In this document: piece by piece, positions 7,923 to 16,157 of the stretch
Layout: the number at the start of each line of letters is the position of its first letter
Position numbering within the stretch: position 1 is the first letter of the stretch
Source: Candidatus Caldatribacteriota bacterium
GTDB taxonomy: Bacteria > Atribacterota > Phoenicimicrobiia > Phoenicimicrobiales > Phoenicimicrobiaceae
Direction of reading: 5' to 3'
Assembly: GCA_034660595.1 (NCBI GenBank)
Contig: JAYEJO010000011.1
Span: 3,071-53,541, forward strand
DNA: 50,471 bases
Notes under the pieces: model-generated
The model's input: the letters and a program-made list of their open reading frames with translations, nothing else
Database searches by the model: none
What the model was told of the DNA's origin: nothing
Made by a program: the position numbers and the translations under genes

Positions 7923-9341
7923 TTATTTTTTTATTTCTTCTATCAGTTTTTTCACATCTTCAAGTTTTTCAGGGATTGTTTCAGGCATTCCTTCATTTTT
8001 CACATACACTTTTTCCCAGAAAGGCTGGCAGAGCGCCGCATATTCTTTAGAATATTTATCCAGATGTTCTGCACATTCGGTTATTATGGTATGAGCATTA
8101 CCATGGGTGGGATAAGGGTTATTTTCTTTAACGATTTCCCTTAACACGTTAGGGCTGTCAATAATCATACAAGGCAGCATTAAATTATCAGAATAAGGCT
8201 GCCTTTTCCTTATAGCCTTAAATAAGGGAGAAGCCAGAGCCTCTCTTAATGTGGTATTTCTTACATTATGAGTGGCACAATGGGTAAAGACACAAGGCTC
8301 ATAATCTCCCCTTACATTTACATGTAAATACTGGCGGCCTCCGGCAATACAGCCATTTACGTGCATCCCGTCATTCCAGAAATCCCCGATAAAGACCGGG
8401 TATTTATTTCTCAGATAATTGACTCTTCTCCAACCATATAGTCTCTGTTCCGGAGTTTGCATCAAGCTTACATCGGGCTTTCTGCCGATGGGGATGTAAG
8501 TAAAGTACCAACCAAAAGCACAACCTTTCTCTTCGGTTAATAATTTCATAAGTTTGTCACTATAGACGACTTCAGTATTATATTTAGTGGGAGTAATAGA
8601 AAAACCGTAAACTAACCTGGCTTCCTTACAGTTATCCATAGCCTGCATTACCTTTTTCCAAACTCCTTTGCCTCGGCGCTCATCAGTCTCTTTTTCAAAT
8701 CCTTCTACACTTATAGTCGGGGCGACATTACCTAATTCTTGCAGTTTAAAAGCCATATCCCTGTCTATAAAAGTTCCATTAGTATAGACCATAAAGGCAG
8801 CATCATTATGTTTTTTATAGATATCTAACATATCATTTCTCACAAAGGCTTCTCCGCCGGTGATGACATAGAAATATGTTCCCATTTCTTTGGCTTCAGT
8901 TATAATTTTATCTACATACTCATAAGGGAGGTCATCTTTTTTGGAATAATCGCCGGCATAACAACCTGTACACCTAAGATTACATCTCATAGTAGGGCTG
9001 ATAACTATTACTGCGGGGCAGGGGATACCTTCTTTTTTTTCAAAATTCTCTCTATTTTTTGGCCCCAACAAAATATAATTAATCATAAAATTTAGCACCA
9101 TTTTATCCCGGACATTGGGATGGATCTCCTTTAGTGCTTTTTGGGCAAGAAAATAAGCAGGAGCTTTGTCTTTGAACATCTTTCTGACCTTACCTATTTC
9201 GGGTTTGAACTTGGGAGCGATTCTTTCTGCTGCATAGGTCATTCGGATAAGATTCTCATCAGAGGTATTACCCAGGGCTTTCATAATAAGATTTACAGTC
9301 TGTTTGGTAGTGTAATTTTTAAACTTTTCTACATAATCCAT
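7923..9341 (-). CDS. radical SAM enzyme with C-terminal auxiliary Cys motif
   Basis: CX3CX2C motif CNLRCTGCYA, a GGE motif (ITGGEAF), C-terminal cysteines (NGCIAGG...EPCVF) and a ~110-aa N-terminal extension. Confidence 0.75.
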   Translation of the reverse strand: MDYVEKFKNYTTKQTVNLIMKALGNTSDENLIRMTYAAERIAPKFKPEIGKVRKMFKDKAPAYFLAQKALKEIHPNVRDKMVLNFMINYILLGPKNRENFEKKEGIPCPAVIVISPTMRCNLRCTGCYAGDYSKKDDLPYEYVDKIITEAKEMGTYFYVITGGEAFVRNDMLDIYKKHNDAAFMVYTNGTFIDRDMAFKLQELGNVAPTISVEGFEKETDERRGKGVWKKVMQAMDNCKEARLVYGFSITPTKYNTEVVYSDKLMKLLTEEKGCAFGWYFTYIPIGRKPDVSLMQTPEQRLYGWRRVNYLRNKYPVFIGDFWNDGMHVNGCIAGGRQYLHVNVRGDYEPCVFTHCATHNVRNTTLREALASPLFKAIRKRQPYSDNLMLPCMIIDSPNVLREIVKENNPYPTHGNAHTIITECAEHLDKYSKEYAALCQPFWEKVYVKNEGMPETIPEKLEDVKKLIEEIKK

Positions 9342-9385
9342 GATATTTTCCTCCTATAAAAAAAGCTAAAATTATTTTAAAAAAT

Positions 9386-10141
9386 TTACTCTTTGTTTTT
9401 TATATTCATTTCATCCAAAGTTTCTTTTAAAAAATCTAATAATGATTTTTGCTCTTTTTTATCCATTTGAGAAACATATTCGTTATAAGTTTGAATGTAA
9501 CCTGCATATTCGTCAAGATTATTATTTGGACCGGTTACATATTTCGGAATTTTATTTATATATTTGGTTAGAACCCCAAAACACATTCCTACAAAGACAA
9601 TTAGAGCTAATTCAATATAGGTATTTGTTGCATCGAGAGGAACTACTTGGCTTAATAATTTTATCTCAGCTATTCCCTCGGTAATTTTTTTAATGAGAAG
9701 GATCAAAATGAGCAATACGCAGGCGCAAAAAATAAGGGGAGATTTTGTTTCCAAGGCTTCTTTAAATAGGTCTTTTAGGTTAAACTTTCCTTTAATTTCC
9801 TCAAATTTTTGAATGATATTCTTTTTTAATTTATCAAATTTAGCTGCTTTTGTGGGAAGTTTTCTTTGGGGAAGATTAGAGATGGTGTGTCCCTTTTTAG
9901 TAGGGGAGAAGGTTATAGTAGAACGTCCCAATTTTCCCCATTTATAATTGTCTAATTCCGGGATTAAGTATTCTACTTCCAGGAGACCTTCTTTCTGGAG
10001 TAATTTTAACATATCATAGGCAGTCCATTTGCTTACTCCCATTTTTTGAGCTACTTCTGAATAATGGACAGGAGAACCTTTGTCTTGGTATAAATCTATT
10101 AACGATTGTAAAAATTCTTTCTGTCTTTTAGTTATCCTCAT
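9386..10141 (-). CDS. winged-helix DNA-binding protein fused to a two-TM membrane module
   Basis: N-terminal wHTH-like segment (YSEVAQKMGVSKWTAYDMLKLLQKEGLL) and two hydrophobic helices (PLIFCACVLLILILLI, LALIVFVGMCFGVL). Lies directly upstream of, and co-oriented with, the radical SAM gene. Confidence 0.55.
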   Translation of the reverse strand: MRITKRQKEFLQSLIDLYQDKGSPVHYSEVAQKMGVSKWTAYDMLKLLQKEGLLEVEYLIPELDNYKWGKLGRSTITFSPTKKGHTISNLPQRKLPTKAAKFDKLKKNIIQKFEEIKGKFNLKDLFKEALETKSPLIFCACVLLILILLIKKITEGIAEIKLLSQVVPLDATNTYIELALIVFVGMCFGVLTKYINKIPKYVTGPNNNLDEYAGYIQTYNEYVSQMDKKEQKSLLDFLKETLDEMNIKNKE

Positions 10142-10380
10142 AATATATCTCCCAAAAGACCCAAAAAGTAATTGAAAAAAAATTACATCTTTGCAAATTC
10201 ATTATATCACTTCAAAATAATTTTGCAAATTTTTAGAATCTCTGAAAAAAAGATTTTGGTTTTAATGATAAAAAGTATTATAATTATATAAAATATTTCT
10301 TTTTTTCTTTCTCTTAAGGGGGGAGAAGAAGAAAAAAACAAGATATGAAAATTGTTAATAAATAAAGGAGAAAAGTTAAG

Positions 10381-10503
10381 ATGAAAAAAGATAAAGATAC
10401 TTTAGATAATTCTGAAACACAGGATGAATTAAAAGAACTGGACAATCTGGAAGATTCATTAGAAGATGAAGATTTGAAAAAAATAGATAAAGAGTCAATC
10501 TAA
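10381..10503 (+). CDS. possible 40-aa highly acidic small protein
   Basis: ATG 8 nt after AAAGGAG. Sequence MKKDKDTLDNSETQDELKELDNLEDSLEDEDLKKIDKESI. Followed at once by a 46-nt hairpin repeat. Not in the ORF track because it is under 60 aa. Confidence 0.25.
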   Translation: MKKDKDTLDNSETQDELKELDNLEDSLEDEDLKKIDKESI

Positions 10504-10508
10504 ATGAC

Positions 10509-10554
10509 GTAGGACAGGCGTTCCCCGTTTTCACGAGGACAGGCCCGCCTGTCT
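10509..10554 (+). repeat. 46-nt composite GTAGG hairpin (long form)
   Basis: 45/46 identical to the 2550-2595 copy. Here the outer stem GACAGGCG/CGCCTGTC is perfect. Confidence 0.85.
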
Positions 10555-10604
10555 ATGATTTAATTTCTTGGATTCGTTGTTAAAAAATTAAAGGAGGGTA
10601 TAGT

Positions 10605-11117
10605 ATGGTATTAGAGGCGATTAAAAAAAGACAGAGCGTGCGTAATTATCAGGACAAAGAAATTCCAGAAGACGTATTACAGCAGATTTTAGAAGCCGGC
10701 AGATTAGCTCCTTCGGCTAAAAATACTCAGTCCTGGAAATTTATTGTGGTTAAAGATAAGGATATACGAAAAAAATTAGTTCCGGCTTGTAAAAATCAAG
10801 AATTTGTAGGAGAGGCTCCGGTGGTTATAGCGGGGTGTGGAACTAATCCTGACTATGTAATGTCTAATGGAGAACACGCTTATTCTATAGATTTGGCTAT
10901 CGCTCTGGATCATATGAGTTTAGAGGCGGCTTCCCTGGGATTGGGAACCTGTTGGATCGGCGCTTTCTACCAGGATCAAGTTAAAGAAATTTTAGGTGTA
11001 CCGGAAGGTGTGCGCGTAGTTAATTTATTAACCTTAGGTTATCCTGAAAAATTAGGTACCAAAACCGGGAGAAAACCTTTATCAGAAATTATTTGTTACG
11101 ATAAATATTCTTCATAA
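10605..11117 (+). CDS. nitroreductase-family flavoprotein
   Basis: RQSVRNY and APSAKNTQSWKFIVV motifs. AGGAGG ribosome-binding site. Confidence 0.85.
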   Translation: MVLEAIKKRQSVRNYQDKEIPEDVLQQILEAGRLAPSAKNTQSWKFIVVKDKDIRKKLVPACKNQEFVGEAPVVIAGCGTNPDYVMSNGEHAYSIDLAIALDHMSLEAASLGLGTCWIGAFYQDQVKEILGVPEGVRVVNLLTLGYPEKLGTKTGRKPLSEIICYDKYSS

Positions 11118-11150
11118 ACTTTGTCAAGGGACGGTCCTTTGACAAAGTTT
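11116..11150. terminator. long hairpin at the nitroreductase stop (convergent gene pair)
   Basis: AAACTTTGTCAAGGGA / TCCTTTGACAAAGTTT, a 16-bp stem with one G-U pair and a 3-nt loop. It starts inside the TAA stop. Confidence 0.6.
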
Positions 11151-11180
11151 TCTAAAGGATAATCAGGGAATAAACATGAT

Positions 11181-11205
11181 AAGGGCAGACGTAAGGTCTG
11201 CCCTT
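11181..11205. repeat. GGGCAGAC-stem hairpin without the GTAGG leader
   Basis: AAGGGCAGAC GTAAG GTCTGCCCTT: 10-bp stem, between convergent genes. Confidence 0.7.
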
Positions 11206-11220
11206 ATATAATTTTGTTTT

Positions 11221-11640
11221 TTATTGAAATAAGAGATTCAACCCTACTTCTTCATTAAATCCTCTTTCTACCTCTCCTTCGATTTCCTCGATTATAATTT
11301 CACCGACTCCTCCGATAACTGCGGAGTTTAAATGCCCTCCACAGGTATTATAATTTGAATCAGCTAGATTGATATGCAGATGAAGATAAACTTCCCCATC
11401 CATGGTAGAGATATTTCCTGACAGGCTGGTGATTTCGTAATCTCCCTTTAATTCTTTGGGATAATATTTTTTAGTTTCCAAATCATAAAATCCGATAGTA
11501 GCTCCTTTAACTGCGCCAATTCCGCTAATTGTGCCCAGTTTTATATTATTATCTTTACAGAATTTTTTTAAGGTCTCGACGACCTCCTCTCCTATATTGA
11601 TGCTAACCACCCATTTGTTTCCGAATTTTTTAAATTTCAT
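11221..11640 (-). CDS. PPC (DUF296) domain protein
   Basis: 139 aa. Pattern GTISGIGAV...ITSLSGNIS...HLH...GGHL is typical of PPC/DUF296. GGAGGA ribosome-binding site. Confidence 0.7.
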   Translation of the reverse strand: MKFKKFGNKWVVSINIGEEVVETLKKFCKDNNIKLGTISGIGAVKGATIGFYDLETKKYYPKELKGDYEITSLSGNISTMDGEVYLHLHINLADSNYNTCGGHLNSAVIGGVGEIIIEEIEGEVERGFNEEVGLNLLFQ

Positions 11641-11701
11641 ATTCTATCCTCCTGATTTTTTATTAATTTACCAATTCACCGATTGACCAATTCCCCAATT
11701 T

Positions 11702-11723
11702 GTAGGACAGGCGTCTCGCCTGT
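11702..11723 (+). repeat. GTAGG-hairpin repeat, GACAGGCG stem variant (short form)
   Basis: GTAGGACAGGCGTCTCGCCTGT, identical core to the 3077 copy. Confidence 0.8.
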
Positions 11724-11730
11724 TTATTAT

Positions 11731-11756
11731 TGTCATTCCCACGAAAGTGGGAATCC
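11731..11756 (+). repeat. TGTCATTCC-hairpin repeat
   Basis: TGTCATTCCCAC GAAA GTGGGAATCC: 8-bp stem, GNRA-like loop. Confidence 0.8.
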
Positions 11757-11773
11757 AGATACCATTTAAGATA

Positions 11774-11798
11774 GATTCCCGTTTCCACGGGAATGACA
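11774..11798 (-). repeat. TGTCATTCC-hairpin repeat (inverted relative to the 11731 copy)
   Basis: The minus strand reads TGTCATTCCCGTGGAAACGGGAATC. Confidence 0.8.
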
Positions 11799-11831
11799 AT
11801 AAGGGAGTGTATGGTGGATACGCTCCTACTT

Positions 11832-11860
11832 GAGATACGATTCACGAGATACGCGATACT
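11832..11860 (+). repeat. GATAC-type short tandem repeat array
   Basis: GAGATACGATTCACGAGATACGCGATACT. Confidence 0.7.
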
Positions 11861-11867
11861 TTTTCTT

Positions 11868-12959
11868 TTATAATAGTCGATACGGTGATTCCATTTTTAT
11901 GCTTTTAATTAACATGCCTTTCGGAATTCCAAATTTTATCAATTGACCATAAAGGGCTTCCACAAAGAATTTTTCGGTGTCAAAATGTTCTACTTCTAAA
12001 ACATTTAATCCTAATTCTTTTGCCCGAAGCGCATTATGATAGGTGATATCTCCGGTAATATATAAATCGATATTCATATTATTAACTTGTTCTAAAAGAG
12101 AACTTCCTCCTCCCGTGCAAAGGGCTACTCTTTTTATCTTTTGCTCGTTAGATTTAATAAGTCTGATATAGCGGGCTTGAAGTCTATTTTTTACCTCCAG
12201 GGAAAATTTAGAAATTTCCACTTCCCTATCTATCTCTCCGAATATGCCTATCCCATACGATGGTTTTGTTTTAAGTTCATATACATCATAAGCCGGTTCT
12301 TCATAGGGATGAGCATTTTTCATCGCTTGTATAACTGACTCTAAATCTCTTTCTGTTACCACAGTTTCAATTTTTGTCTCCTGGACTTCTTCCTTTTTTC
12401 CTATTTTCCCGATGAAAGGACGAGTTCCTTCCATAGGCCTAAAAGTTCCTTTTCCTGAAATATTAAAAGATGTTTCAGTGTACTTGCCAATTTTTCCTGC
12501 CCCTTCCTTAAAGATTGCCCGGCTAACTTTATCGGCATATTGTGTAGGGACATATACGGCAAATTTAAAAACTTTTTCCGAACTGCCCTGCAGAGGAGAA
12601 ATTTTTTTTATTCCTAATAAATTAGCTACATAATCATTTAGTCCGCCTTCAGCCAGATCATAGTTGGTGTGCATAGCTAAAATATTTATTTTATGAGTAA
12701 CGGCTTTAAAAAGCAGGGGATTTTTCTGTTTAGTAATCTGCTTTAAAGGAGAAAAAAGAAGGGGATGATGGGAAATAATTAAATTTACTTTATTTTCAAA
12801 AGCTTCATCCAAGACACCTTGAGTTACATCTAAGGATAGTAATATTTTTGTTACAGGGGCATCAAGGTCAGCGAATTGAATGCCACTGTTGTCAAAACTC
12901 TCTTGCAAGAAAAAAGGGGCAATTTTATCTAAATTATTTAAAAGATTTTTTACCTTCAT
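11868..12959 (-). CDS. Nif3-family dinuclear metal-centre protein (YqfO-like, with inserted domain)
   Basis: ISHHPLLF, MHTNYDLA and C-terminal GD...EH motifs. Its 363-aa length fits the insert-containing subclass. Confidence 0.85.
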   Translation of the reverse strand: MKVKNLLNNLDKIAPFFLQESFDNSGIQFADLDAPVTKILLSLDVTQGVLDEAFENKVNLIISHHPLLFSPLKQITKQKNPLLFKAVTHKINILAMHTNYDLAEGGLNDYVANLLGIKKISPLQGSSEKVFKFAVYVPTQYADKVSRAIFKEGAGKIGKYTETSFNISGKGTFRPMEGTRPFIGKIGKKEEVQETKIETVVTERDLESVIQAMKNAHPYEEPAYDVYELKTKPSYGIGIFGEIDREVEISKFSLEVKNRLQARYIRLIKSNEQKIKRVALCTGGGSSLLEQVNNMNIDLYITGDITYHNALRAKELGLNVLEVEHFDTEKFFVEALYGQLIKFGIPKGMLIKSIKMESPYRLL

Positions 12960-13090
12960 TTTTTCACCCTCCTCTCGGTCTATTAGGTTAATTGATTAAA
13001 ATTATGTTATTATTATAATATATTTTATAAAATTTAAAAGCAAAATAGTAAAGAAATGAGAAATTATTTTAAATTAAGAGGAGCTAAAAG

Positions 13091-14320
13091 ATGAAAAAAC
13101 CGGAGTTATTGGCCCCGGCAGGTAATTTAGAAAAATTAAAGATGGCAATTATTTATGGGGCTGATGCAGTATATTTGGGCGGCGAAAGTTTTGGATTAAG
13201 AGCAGGAGCAAAAAACTTTACTCTAAAGCAATTAGCTGAAGGGATAAAGTTTGCACACGATAGAGGGAAGAGAGTTTACCTGACCCTTAATATAATACCT
13301 CACAATGAAGACCTGGTAGGATTACCTGAATATGTGGCTAAATTAAAGGAGCTGGATTTAGATGCGGTAATTATTTCAGATCCGGGAGTACTTAGAATAG
13401 TTAAAAATATTATCCCGGAGATGGAGATTCATTTAAGCACCCAGGCTAATACTACTAATTATGCAGCGGTAAATTTCTGGTATGAACAGGGGGTTAGAAG
13501 AATAATTTTGGCTCGGGAATTATCTTTAGAAGAGATAAAAGAGATAATAAAAAAATCTCCTCCTGATATAAAAATCGAAACTTTTATACACGGAGCGATG
13601 TGTATCTCTTATTCGGGTAGATGTCTTTTAAGTAATTATATGGTGGGTCGGGATGCTAACAGAGGAGATTGTGCCCAGTCCTGCAGATGGAGATATTACC
13701 TCATGGAAGAGACAAGACCGGGGGAATATTTCCCGGTATTTGAGGACGAGAAGGGGGCTTATATTTTTAATTCCAAAGATTTATGCATGATAGAACATAT
13801 TCCTTCATTAATAGAAGCAGGAATTTCCGTTTTTAAGATTGAAGGGAGAATGAAGAGTTCATATTATGTAGCTACCGTGGTCAAGGCTTATCGGCATCTT
13901 ATTGATAGTTATTTTTCAAAACGTAAGGAATATTTTGGTGCTGAAAAATGGTTAGATGAGATAAAAAAAGTAAGTCATAGATATTTTACTACCGGATTTT
14001 ATTTTACTAAACCAGGTGGCGAGGAACAAAGGTATGATAGTAGTGCTTATATCAAGACTTACGATTTTGCCGGATTGATACTAGATTATAATAAAGACAA
14101 TCAGATAGCCACTATAGAACAGAAAAACAGGATATTTGCAGGAGACGAGATTGAAATATTCGGTCCGGATAACGATTTTTTCACCCAGAAAATCGAAAAA
14201 ATGTGGGATGAAGACGGGGAAGAGATAGAAGTCGCTCCCCATGCTAAACAAATTATCAGAATAAAAATGTCTAAACCGGTAAAACCGTGGTATATAATAA
14301 GAAAATTTAATAAAACTTAA
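13091..14320 (+). CDS. peptidase U32-family protein
   Basis: PELLAPAGN...GADAVYLGG...FGLR N-terminus and conserved Cys-containing core. GAGGAG ribosome-binding site. Confidence 0.85.
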   Translation: MKKPELLAPAGNLEKLKMAIIYGADAVYLGGESFGLRAGAKNFTLKQLAEGIKFAHDRGKRVYLTLNIIPHNEDLVGLPEYVAKLKELDLDAVIISDPGVLRIVKNIIPEMEIHLSTQANTTNYAAVNFWYEQGVRRIILARELSLEEIKEIIKKSPPDIKIETFIHGAMCISYSGRCLLSNYMVGRDANRGDCAQSCRWRYYLMEETRPGEYFPVFEDEKGAYIFNSKDLCMIEHIPSLIEAGISVFKIEGRMKSSYYVATVVKAYRHLIDSYFSKRKEYFGAEKWLDEIKKVSHRYFTTGFYFTKPGGEEQRYDSSAYIKTYDFAGLILDYNKDNQIATIEQKNRIFAGDEIEIFGPDNDFFTQKIEKMWDEDGEEIEVAPHAKQIIRIKMSKPVKPWYIIRKFNKT

Positions 14321-14378
14321 AATATTATTCGGCACTCAAATTGAGTGTTAGGCGGTAATGACAAAAATAAAAATAATT

Positions 14379-14966
14379 TTAAAGCTCATCCATGGCTTTT
14401 TTCAGGGTTTTTATATCTTTCCAGGTTAGGTCTTTAGGGCTGCCCGGGTAGGTTCCCTCATTTCTTAATAAATAACTGGGATGAAACATAGGAAATATTT
14501 TTATTCCTCCCAACCAATCAAACCACTGGCCTCGAATTTTAGTGATTCCTTGAGTGGTTTCTAAAAGGTGTTGAGTGGGGATATTACCCAATGTAACGAT
14601 AATTTTAGGATTGATTAAAGCAATCTGGGTTTCTAAATAAGGAAGACAGGTTTCTATCTCGCTTTTAGAAGGATTGCGATTAGCCGGTGGCCGGCATTTT
14701 AACATATTAGTTATAAATATATCCTCTCTTTTTATATCAACCGATTGTAGAATTTTAGTCAAAAGTTGTCCTGCTTTACCCACAAAGGGCTTACCTTTAA
14801 GGTCTTCATCTTCTCCCGGTGCCTCTCCGATAAACATAACCTTAGATTTTGCATTTCCTTCCCCGGGAACAACCTTGGTGCGAGAAAGATACAAAGGACA
14901 TTTTTCACAATTTTTACATTCCTCTGCTACTTCTTCTATGGTTAGTGGATTAAGATTTTTAGACAT
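14379..14966 (-). CDS. uracil-DNA glycosylase, family 4 (Fe-S type)
   Basis: CKNCEKCPL Fe-S cysteines, GEGNAKSKVMFIGEAPGEDEDLKGKPFVGKAGQLL and HPS motif. The Met at 14966 follows GGGAG; the ORF could instead start at 15008. Confidence 0.85.
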   Translation of the reverse strand: MSKNLNPLTIEEVAEECKNCEKCPLYLSRTKVVPGEGNAKSKVMFIGEAPGEDEDLKGKPFVGKAGQLLTKILQSVDIKREDIFITNMLKCRPPANRNPSKSEIETCLPYLETQIALINPKIIVTLGNIPTQHLLETTQGITKIRGQWFDWLGGIKIFPMFHPSYLLRNEGTYPGSPKDLTWKDIKTLKKAMDEL

Positions 14967-15085
14967 CAATTTTTTACTCCCTTTTATTTTAATTATTGAA
15001 GTAAACATTAATGGAAAGAACTGCTAATAATTGTTTTAGATAATTAGATATCTTTAAATTTTTATAATTTTACCATTTTTTTATA

Positions 15086-15102
15086 CTTTTTAGCAAGGAA
15101 TT
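15086..15102 (+). repeat. left copy of the 17-bp direct repeat flanking the lexA/R-M islet
   Basis: CTTTTTAGCAAGGAATT, identical to 18704-18720. Confidence 0.75.
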
Positions 15103-15357
15103 AAGAGGAAGGCTAGAGAAAATACCAGAGTTGAACAAGCCCATCTCTCTTATTCTTATTTTCTCTTCCTCGCCCAATTACCGGAACTCACCAACCCCGA
15201 ATGGCAAGAATGGAAAGAGCAGGGGATAATATTTAATATTGAAATTTAGATTTTTTCCTTAGAAATAAATATACAAGGGATATTGTAAGAGATTTGAAAG
15301 AAATCTATATATTATTTGTGTTAAATAAGGTTTTAGATATAAGTTTCAAATTTAAGC

Positions 15358-15386
15358 TTGACAACTGTAAATATTTATAGTAATAT
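15358..15386 (+). promoter_or_regulatory. sigma70-type lexA promoter with palindromic operator in the spacer
   Basis: TTGACA (15358-15363), 17-nt spacer, TAATAT (15381-15386). From position 15364 the sequence reads ACTGTAAATATTTATAGT, an 18-bp palindrome with one mismatch (CTGT-N8-ATAG). Confidence 0.6.
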
Positions 15387-15415
15387 TTTGACATAAACAG
15401 TTAGAGGCGGAATAT

Positions 15416-16051
15416 ATGAAAAACTTAATTCTTACAGAACGTCAAAGTGAAATATTGGGGTTTATAATATTAAACAAAAAAAAATTTGGATATCCTCCAT
15501 CTATTCCTGAGATTCAAGAAAAATTTTCTTTTAAATCTCCTAATGCTGTTCAAGATCATCTTGGGGCACTCGAACGAAAAGGTTACATTTCTCGCCGTGC
15601 ACATAAAGCAAGAGGCATTGAAGTTTTAGGTCACGCCACATCAAATGAAAATGATAAAAATAATGCAATCGAAATACCTATAGTCGGAGAGATCTCAGCA
15701 GGCAGACCAATTCTTGCTCAGGAAAATATAGAAGGAAATATCGTTATTGATAGATCAATCATAAAAAATCCTAACGGAATTTTTGCTTTAAGAGTTAAAG
15801 GTGATAGCATGATTAATGCTGGCATTTTAAATGGAGATTATGTAATAGCCTCTCAACAGCAAGATGCTGAGCAAGGCGATATAGTAGTTGCCCTTATTGA
15901 AGATGAAGCAACAGTGAAAAGATTCTATAAAGAAAAAAATAGAATAAGATTGCAACCCGAAAATGATACAATGGAAGCAATAATTATTAAACCCAATGAG
16001 AATAATGTTAAAATAATTGGTAAAATAAAAGGCGTAATAAGAAAAATTTAA
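15416..16051 (+). CDS. lexA: LexA repressor (S24 autopeptidase)
   Basis: LexA-type wHTH (LTERQSEILGFI...PSIPEIQEKF...AVQDHLGALERKGYI), Ala-Gly cleavage site (EISAGRP), catalytic Ser (GDSM) and Lys (ATVKRF). Confidence 0.9.
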   Translation: MKNLILTERQSEILGFIILNKKKFGYPPSIPEIQEKFSFKSPNAVQDHLGALERKGYISRRAHKARGIEVLGHATSNENDKNNAIEIPIVGEISAGRPILAQENIEGNIVIDRSIIKNPNGIFALRVKGDSMINAGILNGDYVIASQQQDAEQGDIVVALIEDEATVKRFYKEKNRIRLQPENDTMEAIIIKPNENNVKIIGKIKGVIRKI

Positions 16052-16157
16052 ATTCTAGCAGTGTGGCTATCAACTGTCACTGACAGGATTATAATTTTAT
16101 TAGAACCAATAAACAATAAATTGTATAATGTAAAAAAATAAGGAGTAAAATAAATTT

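Noticed and set aside
7881-8144. 87-aa plus-strand ORF, and similar 60-120-aa ORFs antisense to larger genes (for example 1240-1476, 14674-15027, 41155-41481, 47107-47469)
   Set aside because: Each is nested in, or antisense to, a motif-supported gene. They lack ribosome-binding sites and have Phe/Ile/Ser-rich low-complexity translations typical of AT-rich shadow frames.
11663-11845. 60-aa ORF
   Set aside because: It is made up of hairpin and GATAC repeat modules. The translation (…HFRGNDNN…) is the typical artefact of such repeats.
15009-15415. tRNA gene or integrase as an attachment site for the lexA/R-M islet
   Set aside because: There is no cloverleaf-compatible GC-rich 75-nt segment, no T-loop consensus and no recombinase ORF. 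Mobility of the islet therefore remains only a hypothesis.
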